Part shown: piece after piece, positions 1 through 13,500 of the stretch | Position numbering within the stretch: position 1 is the stretch's first letter | How the letters are laid out: each line of letters opens with the position of its first letter | Origin: Botryllus schlosseri | Lineage: Eukaryota | Assembly (NCBI GenBank): GCA_051294905.1 | Contig: CM119378.1 | Coordinates: forward strand, 806,001-870,000 | Direction of reading: 5' to 3' | DNA length: 64,000 bases | Position numbers and translations under genes: made by a program | Notes under the pieces: generated by a model | What the model was told of the DNA's origin: nothing | Seen by the model: only the letters and a program-made list of their open reading frames with translations | Database searches by the model: none

Positions 1-667
1 TCAGTAGCCAATTTAACATGGGTATTGGGTATTTTGCGTTCAAGTGGTCCATTACGACTGTCCGCTGGAATGCGACCGTACGATATATATGTGATAGAAC
101 AGGAGCCGTGAATAGCAAAAAAAGTTGAACACCCCTCCACTAAAATCATTATGTCCCTAGGAGAACTACTGACCATCGACTGCGAAGCCATTTCTACAGC
201 GACCCCCCTATCGCCCCGAGTGTTTCGTCTCCTTCAAAATTCAAATCACCCCATGGGGTGGCGCTGGAGCCAAGGTTAAGTCTAGATAACTAACCTATGG
301 AGTTGGAGGTTAGTTCGTTATCTACAGGTTAAGACAGCGTGTACTCAAAGGTGGTGTGGTATGGAGGTGTGGACACTCGGAAAATCACGGGACTGTCACG
401 CCCAAGATGCCTTTGAATACTTTGTTATTGTCGATACGTCTGCAACATTAATTAAAGGCAACGTCCCTATTGGTCTTCGTTGATTTTGACTATGTTCCAT
501 ATCGAGTTAGGTGACAGGATTTAGTATGGTATATTTTGATGCTGTCACCTCTCACTGTACCAAGTTTCAAGGCTGTGACTCGATGATTAGCGTAGTAATT
601 TCGCTGTCGAAGTCTAGTATCTGGTAGATCAGCGCGCAGCGATATAATGCCGACTTTGAAAGGAAAG

Positions 668-986
668 GACGTAGTTTATTTTTGTCCTTGATGTTTTTGC
701 GGCATATACACCGACTCATGATACACACACACACGATCTGCGCATATGCATACCATGAGTGCATGATGTGCATATGCCGCTGGACAAGGAAGTGCAGATA
801 TAGCCTTTACGGCTTTCTAAGTCATGCACCACCCCTCCATGCTATCCCAGTAATGCATGAGCGTCAAGCAGGGAAGCCATGGATACCAGTGTTACTATTC
901 AGGTCTTTGGTCTGACCCGGCCGGGAATCGAACCCACGACCTACCGATCAAGAAGCCGGACGCTTAACCATTGCGCTATCTTGTCG
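668..986 (-). mobile_element. tRNA-derived SINE family A
   Basis: Minus-strand A box TAGCGCAATGG and B box GGTTCGATTCC followed by a shared body. Other copies at about 2080-2410 (+), 6870-6998 (-, 5' part) and split across 57650-57706 / 62412-62960 (+). Confidence 0.8.
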
Positions 987-1068
987 CTATCTTGATAACA
1001 GAGTTACTACACTGATCATTGAGTGACAATCCTGAAAGTTACTGCGAAGTTGGATAACACAACCGACC

Positions 1069-1155
1069 ACTGTGACGTCACTCAACGTCACCTGATCCTT
1101 CGCTCCCGAACGTCCGAACGAACTTTGTCGAAACCACCGAACCTGGACCCGATCG
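1069..1155 (-). pseudogene. Internally deleted relic of the NHL-repeat gene
   Basis: 1069-1123 matches 52935-52989 (55 nt, 5 mismatches; exon end plus intron). 1138-1155 matches 53382-53399 (16/18). Confidence 0.75.
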
Positions 1156-2079
1156 CGGTCGCGTTAGTTGTGATCATATCAGTCGCGTGTTGGTTGTTCA
1201 GATCTATGTGTTTGAAGATAGATGAGAAGTAGAACTGATTTTAAAAATGTGGATTGCTTCATCGCTTGGTCGTATAACTGCGCGTTCGCAGTTCGTATCA
1301 ATTCATAGCTTGCATGTATGTACTGACTAGGCGCCTGACAGCTATATGCTCGAGATTGGAAGGATGATTGATTGGTAGTGATTGAAATCAGAGATATCGG
1401 ATACGGTTGCACGACATTTGAGCATATGCCACATCATGATAAATCTCAATTGAGCACGCGGTAATTGATCAGGCGCCGGGTGTCTGATTCCCAAAACTAC
1501 TCGTTTCGATTTTAACCCGCATGCCCAAATGTCGCGTGCCATTGTGTCGCACCTTCAATTGCTCATATGTCTACGGGACAATCGCAGACAAGATGCAACT
1601 TCGATTCTTTGCGATTGTAATTGAAATCTCGTTCCTTCTGATATTTCCAAGGTAAGATGATAATAATGAACGATCATGGAAAATTTAGATACGCCATGAG
1701 AATCAGTTGTCAGCAACCTGTGGTTCGCAAACCGTGCACAGTGGTCCGCGTGTACTTGTGGTGCAAGTCAAGTGAATTCTCAGAATTAGAGTGGTCAAGG
1801 GTCAGGATCACTGATATAAAAAATATTGAAGCATATCTTTTTAATCGAAACATCTGTGTTAATGCTTACTGTACGTACATTATAGCATAATAATTTATAG
1901 AGCGCCGAATACAACAATATATCATTACTACACTACAGCACCGTACTTGTTCTACACAAGAGACAAACTTGTTGTATTTACTGTCAGACCGATGAGACAC
2001 TGAGACCGAAATACATGAAAAACTCTCTATGAAATGCCCATGTTTACACTAGTGAATTTGTTTACAATTGCACGCTGGC

Positions 2080-2410
2080 AGAATCGTATAGCGTAGGCCT
2101 ACAGGAGGAGCGTCCTGCCTCTTGATCGGTATAGGTCGTGGATTCAATACCCGGCGGGTTAGGCCACAGACCTGATTAGTAACATTGGTATCTGTGTCTT
2201 CCTTGTTTGACGCTCAACATTACCGGGATAGCATAGATGGGTGATGCGAGACTTAGAAAGCCTTACAGGGCTATATCTGCACCTTCCTTGCCCAGCGGCA
2301 TACGCACACCATGCACACCCGTATGTGCACAGATCGTTTGTACGTATATCATGAGTCGTTTTATATGCCGCAAAATAGGCCTACATCAAGGACAAAAATA
2401 TACTACGTCA
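2080..2410 (+). mobile_element. tRNA-derived SINE family A, diverged copy
   Basis: Reverse complement of 668-986 along most of its length (e.g. gagtcgttttatatgccgcaaaa...catcaaggacaaaaata). Confidence 0.75.
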
Positions 2411-3259
2411 CATGCAAACAACGTCGACCTGCGTGAGATATGAGGTCGGTGCGTAGGCCTATATATTTTTCTTTATAACCTTAAACGCGAACAAACCAGC
2501 AATCATTTTTAATGTGAAGTGTCGGTTTTGGCTTGTATCGAGCTATATGACGTCACATATTATTTTCATTCAATACAATCCCTGAGTGAACTTTTTTAAA
2601 TTCAATTACAAAATTTATAGACGGACTCGCCGGGCGGGGACGTTTTGATAGTGCATAAACATATTTTGAAAAAGTCGGATGGGTATGTAGTATAATGTAT
2701 ATATCCGCGGTATAGGTAGAGCTTGGATCGAAGTGTTGGGCCAGAAAAAGGTCTGCTGTTTCCTGCTGAAGATAAGGGGGCCAGAGGCTAGAGAGCAGTG
2801 GCGGCTCGTCCTATAGGGCAACTGAGGCATTGCCCCACCTAAAATTCTGTTCAATAACAATTCTTTACCATTTATAGACGCACCGAAATCACAGCGAAAA
2901 TCGTATACTTCTTGTCCTTTCGCTTGTAAATGCCCATATATAGCGAAGTCTCTGCGAAAATCGAATTATCTTCCTTGTTTCGCTTTGCGAATGCCTAGCC
3001 GGGGCATGCCCCTGTAGCGCTCATAACAAGCTTTAACTGTCTATTCTCTCAAAGCCGCGCACAATAAAGAAACGGAGATTTACTCTCTCCTATTCATAAA
3101 ATTATCGAGCAACCGGCCTACCTACCGAGCAACCATAGCCTAGTTGCCCTTAAGGTGTGATGTAACAATCGTATCTATATCTGAACTCGGTTACCGTCAT
3201 ATGCGTTGAGTCGATCTTTACTGGTATAGGTCGATTTTGATGGTGTTTCACTCCATGAT

Positions 3260-4260
3260 AATTCTTGAAACTTGGTATGTCATGTCGTGATGGTGGTATT
3301 TAACACTGTCCTAAGTTTCAGGGTTTCTACTCAAAGTTTAGGGCAGTAATTCCGTTTCCGAAGTTGAGTGTGTGCTGATCCGTCATGTATCGCAAACAGA
3401 TTTTACTCAAAAACCGGTATTAGTGTCCATTGATTTTGACGATGTTCCATACCGAGATCGGTCATGACATTTGGTACGGTGAGTCTTAATGTTAGTATCG
3501 AACGCTGTACCAAGTTTCAATTTTGTCACTGAACTATGTTAGTGGTAATTTCGTTTCCTAAGTCGATTGAGAGCTGAGTCGTCATTTATCGCAAACATAT
3601 TTTACGCAAAGCCGGTATTGGTCTCCATTGATATTAACGATGCTCCTTAGCTAGATCCGTCATGAGCTTTTGCATGGTATGTCTTGATTTTAGTATCGAA
3701 CGCTGTGCCAAGTCTCAAGGTTGGTACTCCATGATTTGGGCAGCAATTTCGTTATCAAGGTCGAGTATGGTAGAGATGTGCGCTGATCTAACACTTAGCC
3801 TACCTAACGCATTGCGGATTTCACGCAAAAGCCGGTGTATCTGTGTTAACGCTAACTGTGTTCCATACTGAGATAGTTGATGAGATGATGATATCATGAA
3901 ACGGTTTACTAACATCCTCGGTTTGCATTCAAATGTTTAGTTTTATTTTATATTCTTCAATGTCAATTTCACCGTGCAATTGTGGCCTTCAGGCCATTCG
4001 CTTACAATTACAACCCCTGTCAAGCGCGATAGCTGTTTCGTTTTCGATGGCGGCTAACAGCTGATCGCTTGATCAGCCTATTCCTAAGTAAATTTTACGC
4101 AAAATTCGGAGTTGGTCTGTTCGTATTAATTTTGACAGTGTACCATACCGAAAACGGCCATGAGGCTACTTCTCGATGATTTAATGTAACAGTGTACCAA
4201 GTTTTCGGCTTTCAATCACGTATTTATTCGGTAATATATTTTCCAAAGGCGATTTTGCAG
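3260..4260. repeat. Degenerate tandem repeat of about 200-bp period
   Basis: tgtaccaagtttca-like motif near 3308, 3506, 3705 and 4193; ttttacgcaaa.ccggtatt-like motif near 3401, 3600, 3820 and 4093; a solitary unit at about 470-660. Confidence 0.7.
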
Positions 4261-4282
4261 CAGACATATAGACACTATAGAC

Positions 4283-5907
4283 CAGTGATTCCCAAGTGCG
4301 GCCCCCAGCTAGCCTTCTTGCGGCCCCCAAAAATATTAGGAAATCGAGTTATGACCAAAAATTAAATTTATATTTATAAAATACACTAGCTTGGCTTAGA
4401 GTCTGGAGTTTTTAATTAAGATTGCAGGAAAGTCGTGAGTAGACTGCTATCGTTATGTCCAGTAGAACGATCAGTAGCTATAGATATAGATAAAGACAGG
4501 ACCATAAATGCCGCACGCCTAACCCCCAATGAAGGGTGGCGAGCTGGAACGGGGCTCAAAATTATTTCGTGAATTAGCATAAATTATTGAGTTGTTTTTT
4601 TGGAAAATTTACGCATCTTTTTCAAGTTTTTTGGCTGTAGGCGTGATTTCATGCTACCAAATATCTTGATTTTTGGGTACTCATCCCCAAGAAAAAATGC
4701 GCAAGATTTATAGAAATGGGCATTAGGCATATCGGCGTTAGCCTTTACCGCACCACGACGCACCAAGCGAGAAAACCTTGGCCGAACAGGACTGCCTTTA
4801 TGCTGACCGAAAACGTCGTTATATATACAAAATACTGTCTTGGCAATCTTAACCTCACGAGACAAATACCATCCGGCAGGAAAAAAATTATATTCCAGTG
4901 AAGAAATACCAATTTAAAATCGTGTGCGTCACTTGGTGTAGAAAACCTACGTTTGGGCGATTCTATATTTTTTGATATCGCAGACAGGAGATCACAAAAT
5001 AACATGTTACGGAATCATACTAATAATGGGCCCTACAGTTTCCAAGACACCTCACTCATCTCTACTGGTAAATCTGATTACGTGAGCAGCGAGGACAAGA
5101 AATTGATAGCAATATATATGCGATTGACCGATTTTATCATGAATTATCGAAGATTTTCGCGCCTCGCGCTGGCTCACTTAACAGTACAACTAGTTTCGTG
5201 GCAAAAGCGAACAAGGTGATAGGGATAGGTTTAACACCCTATGGGAGCTCAAGACCCAAGTTTACTATTTTTTTTGGGGGGGGGGGGCTGACGAAGTGCT
5301 GTTTCGTTCCTGCCAACGGGAATATACGCCCGAAGATGTTTCATTATTATTGAGGGGCCCTACCTCTTCAAACACCCTTCCCTCGGCTCTACCTGTAAAA
5401 CTGATTACGTGAGAAGAGAGAAGATAAAAATTGATGGCAATATATACGCAATTCCCGATCATATTGACCGATTCAATCATGAATTACAGAAACTTTTCGC
5501 GCTTGGCGCGTCCATGCGATAAAACCTGACTCACTAAATCGCCCCGAAAGCAGCATAATTGGTAGTCCTATAGCTCACGACCGAAGCGTCCGCATAATTT
5601 GATAGGTCCGGTCTTTATCGAAAGCTAGTTTCGCACTGATTCCACAAATGCAAAGTGAAATCTCGCTAGGGCAATAAAACTACTCCGAAATAGCCTCCAA
5701 AGGTCGATTGTTCTGAACAATGGGAGCGCAGCAACACAATGACCATAACAATGGCCAATGGCGTCAAGTGATTGATCGGAACAATTCCAATTTTCATATT
5801 TTGATGACATTTTGGGTCCGTTTGATTGCCCTGGTATTCGTGCGGCCCTGACCGTGCTTTGAAATTCTAAATTTGGCCCTGACACCGAAAAAGTTTGGGA
5901 ACCACTG
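4283..5907. mobile_element. Non-autonomous hAT-type element
   Basis: TIR CAGTGATTCCCAA / TTGGGAACCACTG; 8-bp TSD CTATAGAC on both sides. Confidence 0.8.
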
Positions 5908-6722
5908 CTATAGACCGTAAGTCGTATGTGTCGTGTGACAGTCTCCAGCCTCAAGGCCAAAATCTCCTATGCTGTACCGGGACCGAACTTCCGAGGCTGC
6001 TGTCCGTAGTTCTTCAGAATGATATTTTGGATTCAATATGACATGTCCAATCTATGAGATAACAATTGCGTATGTGTCCGAACTCGTTGACCTTTCCAGT
6101 TAGGCTTACGCAATCTCTCGAGTTATAGTCATTTCCATTTCTGCAGATAATTAGTCAGGTGTAGTGCGAACATGAACCGTGTCAAATCTTTGTTCCGCAC
6201 GCCGTTTACGCAGTTACCACACTTCAAGTCACAGCTCACCAGCAGACCTCTCACGGCACATACGTTAAAATCACTGTTGTCGTTCGTGTTACCGTACCAC
6301 CAAGTTACTTGTTTATGTTGGAAAACGCCATTGTGACGTCATCTTGGTGTCGCTTGCAGCCCTTGCCCCACCACCCGATATTGTCACGAGCCGCCACTGC
6401 CAGAGAGCATTTTGCAATTTTTGGTCCATCGGTACCACATCTCCCCTACAAGTAAAATGACTTGAAACCACATAACGTCAGGCGAGCAATTGCAAAGCAC
6501 CCTGAAGCCTGAAAGGAAAGAGACGACATGTCCGATCATGTCCACATTCAAGTCGAAATACAAACAATTTCTACTGAACAAATACTAGTTAATCCTCTAT
6601 AGTCCACCATATCGATCTTGCCTTCCGACACATGCCACCATTTTTTTGTCACGTGTCCTTTTATATTTGTTTTAGGCCTACCTTACGTCCTCTGTTTTGA
6701 CTTTTTTGAAAGTGTCTTCGGA

Positions 6723-6723
<1 letters not shown>

Positions 6724-6755
<32 letters not shown>
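6724..6755. repeat. (AG)n microsatellite
   Basis: Perfect AG dinucleotide run. Confidence 0.95.
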
Positions 6756-6757
<2 letters not shown>

Positions 6758-6869
6758 TGATATTCTTTTTCGCCTGCACCATCGAGATGCTTTGACGACG
6801 GAGTTGCGATACGGCCCCATGAGGTCATCTAGTCTGCGCCCCCGTTTTTTTCTCCTCCATGCTATCCGT

Positions 6870-6998
6870 GATTGCTGAGCGCCTAGCAGGATAGCTGCGG
6901 ATACCAATTTTCGAGTCTTTGGTATGACCCGGACGGGGATCGAACCCACGACCTACCACTCGAGAAGCCGGACGCATAACCATTACACTATCTCGCTC
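6870..6998 (-). mobile_element. SINE family A, 5' tRNA-like part
   Basis: gtctttggtatgacccggacggggatcgaacccacgacctacc matches 903-945. Confidence 0.7.
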
Positions 6999-7531
6999 GA
7001 ATACGCCCAAATGTCCTCTTTTCTGAGATTTTGTCCTCATTTTTTGAGAATTTTGGTTAAATACAGGGCCCAATTCGACTGAAATACTGTAAATCAGCAC
7101 TGAAGTAACTCTCCGACGGGTATTTCGGGAGCTGAGCCAGAAAGTTGACGTTTTTTTTAGTCAAGTGACCACATTGTGGCAAAAATTTACCATTTGTTCC
7201 ACCGGTTTTGCAAGTCTGAAAATTTTAATAAAGTGACCTCTTTTCACATTTCCAAAATATGGTAACCCTATTTTATATTAACTGCTTTTACTTTTCATTC
7301 AGTGTGCATGCCTCCTTTTTTTACACCGTCTAGGCCAGGTGGGTGTCTGATTTCAAAGACTACTCCAAGTCGTTTCGACACCTTCCTATCTTTCATTGTA
7401 TCGCAGTCTTGCGGTGTATCGAAATAATGAAAACCGTAGCAATAAATTGAATTGAATTGAACGATGTCAACTATACCATGTTTTCGAACAGTTCATAGTG
7501 ACGAATTACATCGGCTGACGGAATTTACAGC

Positions 7532-10500
7532 ATGGACGCGAAACCACGCAAGGTGAGAAATGTCGCGTTCTCGGTAGTGCAAATAGGGGAAAGATTTGAA
7601 AACGCTGTTCCAGGAATCCGCGCATGACGAAGACCGATCTGCCGCCACGGGTCCAACGAATATCATCTTCTCGGTGAAGGAAGAAGTTGGTGCTTTGGCG
7701 AAAGCTCTCAAACTATTCGAGGTAGAGTTGTTGGCACCGCAGCAAAATGTTTCGCGTTTCGTAATTTTTGTGAGGACTGAAATGGCGATAGGATGAGTAG
7801 CCTACACTAGAAATGTCCGCCATCATATCGACTATCGGTTTAGTTGTTTAACCAATTCTGGTTGTGTAGTACAATGAATTTACACGCTTCCGTTGAACGC
7901 GGTATCTAAACCACCTTGGCGTGTACGACGTATTTCCTTCATAACATCGGCCGACAACGACAACTATATGAAGTTCGATCTCTGCGTGACTGCTGGAGCG
8001 TGAAGTTGCTATTAAAATTTCAATAAATTGCAGCTCCATTACGGTGGCGTTCTGAAGAAAACGGCTGCGGCCAAATTTTTTTTTCGTTCTGCCTTCAATT
8101 TGAGACCACATCATTTTTAGACTGCAGTGCCCCTTTAAGAAACACTATCCCTGAGCGCGTAAATAAGTCGCATGCACACTGGATAAAAAGCGACAAATAA
8201 CTTTTCAGACGAAGGGTGTGAATCTGACTCACATCGAGTCGCGGCCTCCCCGAAAGAACGACCGACAATACGAATTCTATGTGACGTGCCAATGCACCAA
8301 CGGCGTCATCAATGACGTGGTCGAACTCCTCAAAACCGAGATGGGCGCTACGGTGCTGCAATTGTCTCATGGCAAAAAGACAGCAGACGCGAGTTTGTTG
8401 ACAAATGAAATAAGTTCATGTATAATAATAGTTTATATCAGTGGTTCTCAACTTTTTTGTCTTCGCGGGCCCCGCGGACCCGCCACCGCGCCGCTCAAGT
8501 TTTACTTCAAATTTAGATCAATTATCGTGCAAACGTCATCTATCTTGTACAAATATTAACAGTATAAGCTAGTGATAAACAGCAACAAAATGACATTTCT
8601 TGAAAATATTTATATAGAAATTGAGAAGACTTATATTATTTCAAAGCGAATTCTGTAGATGCATTTCTTGAAATATGCGGGCGTGTGTTGAAATTCCGCA
8701 CCGTCGATTTGATATGAACGAGGGCCGAAAATCCATTTCCACAAATATAGTAGGTGGCGGGTGGCGATAACGCTTCCGGTGACACTTTTGGGTATGATCG
8801 CAACATATATGGCACCAAAATTGAGAAACAGATTTTTAATGAACATATAACGTCCATCCTAGTCATTTCTATCTAGCAACTGATCTTGAAGTTATTATGT
8901 AATATTGGTTATGTTTATCACAGAAGAAAATTTTTCAAACACATTTTTTCCAAAACCCCAACGAAACATCTCTAAACAGCAATATGTTTGTATCAGTGAG
9001 CTGATGGCAATTTCAAAATTAAACTGAATTTGCGCAGTCGAATATTTCATCTCAAACGGCCATTATGTTTATGTGGGTCCTGGAGTTCCAGCAGTTATGG
9101 AGCGAAACCGCCTCGTGATTTCTATCCACGTCCACTGGGGCCGGTCACAATGATTCGAGTACTTATTGTTATGATTCGAGTCGAATAGTGAGAGCATAGT
9201 TTTTCGAGTACTGAAATCGTTTCAACTTGAAGGTATTTTATCAAGGAAATTATAGCTTCGATGCATATCGTATCACAGCATCCAAACATGAGGGGCAACG
9301 CTACGCACGTTAGTGGAAACAGCATTTCTGTGGTGATGTGATCAACCCATATCTTTGTCACAAAGTGAAATGCAATATACCATCGGAAAAATACCAAATG
9401 ATCTTTCGGTGGTGTATAACTGGCGGTATTTCCTATCCTGTAGCATAAAGGTATATATTTAAAATTTCGCTTCAAAGTCGAACGTCATACTAAAAAAGAT
9501 TCACCGCTAAAACTATGCGACCCATCGAGCAAATTCAATTTTAGAGAGCAGTAGGCTAACTGAAATCTTAATTTCCACTTTCACTTGAAGCGCTTTTGTC
9601 ATGCCCTAGAAATCGTTACTTACTTCCAGGGTTGTAATGACTCGAGTCACGATTTTTTGTGGCTCGACTTGACTCGAGTCGTTTTTTCAAATGTGTAAAA
9701 TGTGTATTTGTGTATAGTCCATGGCTCGAGACTAGGACGGCCAAGACAGACATTTCATTGTAACTTCGAAGAATAGTAATTCACCATATTACTGGTATTT
9801 CGTCTAGCAGTTCTGATACTTGGAAAAGAGGGCCAGAAACTGTTAGGACTGAGGAAAATCACGATAATATGAATGCGAGCCATTTTATATCACTCGAACA
9901 GAGTTGAAAAATAGGTTGAACCGGATTGAACTCAAAACTGAACAGTGACCACAATGTCTTGGACTCGGACTCGAGTCACAACACTATGACTCGGACTCGA
10001 CCCTCTACTTAATGACTTGGATTAGGACTTGACTCGCTGGTGAATTGAAAATGATTCGACTTGACTCGAGTCAAAACCAGAAAAGTGAGATTGACTTGTG
10101 ACTCGGAACCTTTGTGACTTAGTTACAACCCTGCCTTACTTCCCCTTGTACTTGAGTAGAACTTTACGGCGTTATTTCTAGTTCTTCTCAAGTACCGACG
10201 ATGACTACTTTGATCACCTTCGGCTGTCGTCGTTCGTCGCGTCAAGTCACGACTTGAGTCATCCAAACTCCATAACAATAGATGGCCTCAGACGAATTTC
10301 GTCCATTCTTTCGTTGTGCCAAAGTAGATTCGCCTGATGCTTGCACTACTTACCTACGTGGCTGTGTTTTTACTTACTTCCGCTAGATTTTGGATGTTGA
10401 AAAGTTGGAAGTGCTTTTGAGATAAGTTTGAGTTACTTTTGTGATTGAGATCGATATGAATGGGCGTCTTAACTCTCGACTCTTCACTTCTTGCTTCCTC

Positions 10501-13500
10501 CAAGCTTGGATGATTTTTCGCCTACGCCACGTTAATCAGTTCTCGTCCGACAGCTCCATGGTTTCCAAGGACCATCAGAGATCTCGACCATTTCGCGAAG
10601 CAGATTCTCAGCTACGGAGCCGAGCTGGACTCCAAGCACCCGGTGAGAGTTGACGACACGTATGAGCTTTACCGAATAGAAATTTTGGAACCGTTTTATC
10701 CACCTCCTGTGGCAAACGGAAAGGTTGAATCCAACACTGATGTATTCATTTCAGGGCTTCACAGACGAGACTTACCGCGTTAGGCGAAAACAATTCGCTG
10801 AAATCGCTTACAATTACAAACAGTAAGTGTTTTGTCGCTACTAGGGATAGTGTGAACCCCTGAAAGGTTCTGGTTCGTGTGGACGTGAACCATTTTGAAA
10901 GGTTCTATGTAAACGCGAACGTGAAGACGGACCTTTGACGTCACGTGACGTCATATAGCTAGTTACAACCTTTTATTTCCGTAAAGTAATATAGGCCTAC
11001 CTAGTACATGGTACCCAGTGACAACTCGGGCCTCCAAATGTAATACAAGCAATTACTACTAAATAAATACTAGTCCGTCCACAAGATTACCGGACCACGG
11101 CCTGACTTATCGATCTCGCTTTCCATGACATGCCAACCCATTTTTGTCGCTTGCTTTTTTCTACTATATCTTTCTTTTACTCTTCATGCAGTGTGCATGC
11201 CTCCTCTTTACATCGCCTAGGCCAGGGGTGGACAAACTACGGCCCGCGGGCCGCATTCGGCCCACCACAACATTTTTTGCGGCCCGCGAAGGCATCGAGA
11301 AACGTGATAGAAATATTGATAAAAATGTGCAGTGGAAAATCAAATTACTAGAGCGACTTAATTGAACTTTTATTTTAAACATTTTAACATGAAATTGATT
11401 AAGTTATAATTTTATTTTTTTATTTTTTTATTGTTAGTACAGTAGCCCAACCTAGGGGCCTACGAATTTTGAAACGCTTTGGTTCCTAAATATCCAAGAC
11501 AATCAAAACGTAAATGAGTGAGTTCGGATCATAATTGTGATTTGAGAACATAACTTTCAGTACTGTACTTGGAAAAACGATTCGTGCGTGTGTTTGGTAG
11601 ATTAGTTCTCTATATGCGCAGTTAGTTGCAAATCATTCATAAATTCGGTTTCAAATCATTCATTATGAGTAGTCCAAAGCAATACAAAAAGCGGAAAGTT
11701 GAATATGAATGCTGCTGCAATCAAAAAGAATCAACTTATAGATGGGTCTACTTCCGTTCCGGCGTCGATGGTAACGCAATACGTATTACTTGTCATAATA
11801 TGATATTATTATGAATTCGTTGCTGCAATTCAAAACACCATTTGAATCCAAACATCCGAATTATAGGCACGATTTATCAAATTATGAGGTGCAAAATAAA
11901 TCAACGGAATTATGCTTGAGACAATAGTAAATTATATTGAAGTCGTCCTCACGAAAGAACGTGAAAAAGGCAAGTTGAATACAGTGAGCCCTATGCTGAA
12001 ACTCATTGAAAGGTAACATGTTGGTGTCAGAATTGTGTGTTCTTAAGTTTGACTAGACGCAGAATCAACATATCTATAAGCCGATCGTTGCTCATATATT
12101 CCAATTTCCATCCTATCCTAAGAATCAGCACAACCTTCTTTCATCCCTTATTTTGACGAATTGATTCAGGATGGCCAGTTTATCAAATCTTCGTAATGTT
12201 TCTGACACGTGTGCGTTATCATCAAATCAACATTTAAATTGTATCTTTACATATGTATTATCTACACGTCTTTAGTTACTTTATATCAGGGGTCCTGAAA
12301 GTATGGGTCGCGAAGAATATAATTTTGGGTCGCGATGGCATCAGAGCGGTGATTTAATATATATTTGTTGAAAAATGCATACGATTTGATGTGTGAGGCT
12401 TGGGTCGCGAGATGCCACTAAAACTCGGATTTGAGTCGCAGACAAAATGGTTTAAGAACCACTGCTTTATATAATCGAATAAAAGCTTGCGTTTTGGCTT
12501 ATAAATGCTATAGTGCGGCCCGCGAATTAATTCAAATGTTGAATTCGGCCCGCGAGCTGAAAAATTTGCCCACCCCTGGCCTAGGCCAAGATGGGTGTCT
12601 GATTTCTGAGACTACTCATAAGTCGTTTCGACACCTTACTATCTTTTTCATTGCATCGCATTTTTTGTGGTGTATACAGGGGCACAATGGTACATTGTGA
12701 ATATTTTTGAAACCCGACAGGAAGAATATACATCGCTTCGATGATTAAGTAGTGTCATGTCAGCCGTAATTCTGATATGGTTTGATTTCGCCAGGGTCGC
12801 TGCCTTTGTGAGAAAATGACGATTTGCTTCATTTCGCTAACCTGCGCGAATTTAAATCGGGTCTTAGGTGGGTATGTCTTGTATGTTTTCCTTGAAATTA
12901 GTATACAGTTTAGTCAGAGCAGCTATTAGTCGCCCTGTAAGATCATTCTATATTAACAGTCGTATCACCAAATATGACGTCACCGACATGAAATTTCGAA
13001 TAATGGGGGCGAAGAGAGCGCTTAAGCTCAATGTGCTATTTTTATATGGTACACGAACTCCTTCCGTCGGCACAGACTTGTTTGGCCTATTTTGACAAAA
13101 GTTAACTTCATCATCATCATCATTGGTTTATTAGCAATTTTATCAGTTCAATACACCACAAAAATGCGATACAATGAAAAGACAGGAAGATGTCGAAGCG
13201 ACAAGGAGTAGTCTATGGAATCTGACACCCACCTTGGCCTAGGCGATGTAAAGAGGAGGCATGCACACTGAATGAAAGTAAAGAAGATAGTATAGAAAAA
13301 GAATGCGACAAGAAATAGGGAATGGTGATGTCATAGGAAGTCATGGTGATGAAATAGGTGATGTCATGGGAAGCGAGATCGATAGGTCAGTCGTGGTCCG
13401 GTAATCTTGAGGATGGACTGTATTTATTTAGTAGTAATTGCTTGTATTTCGACTTGAATGTGGACATGCTCGTAGACTGTCGGATGGCCGGCGGGATACT

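Noticed and set aside
895..986. tRNA-like sequences (also about 6920-6998, 46165-46230, 50275-50310, 56095-56180)
   Set aside because: A/B boxes are present but each continues into a shared repeat body and lacks a clean cloverleaf; these are SINE heads, not tRNA genes.
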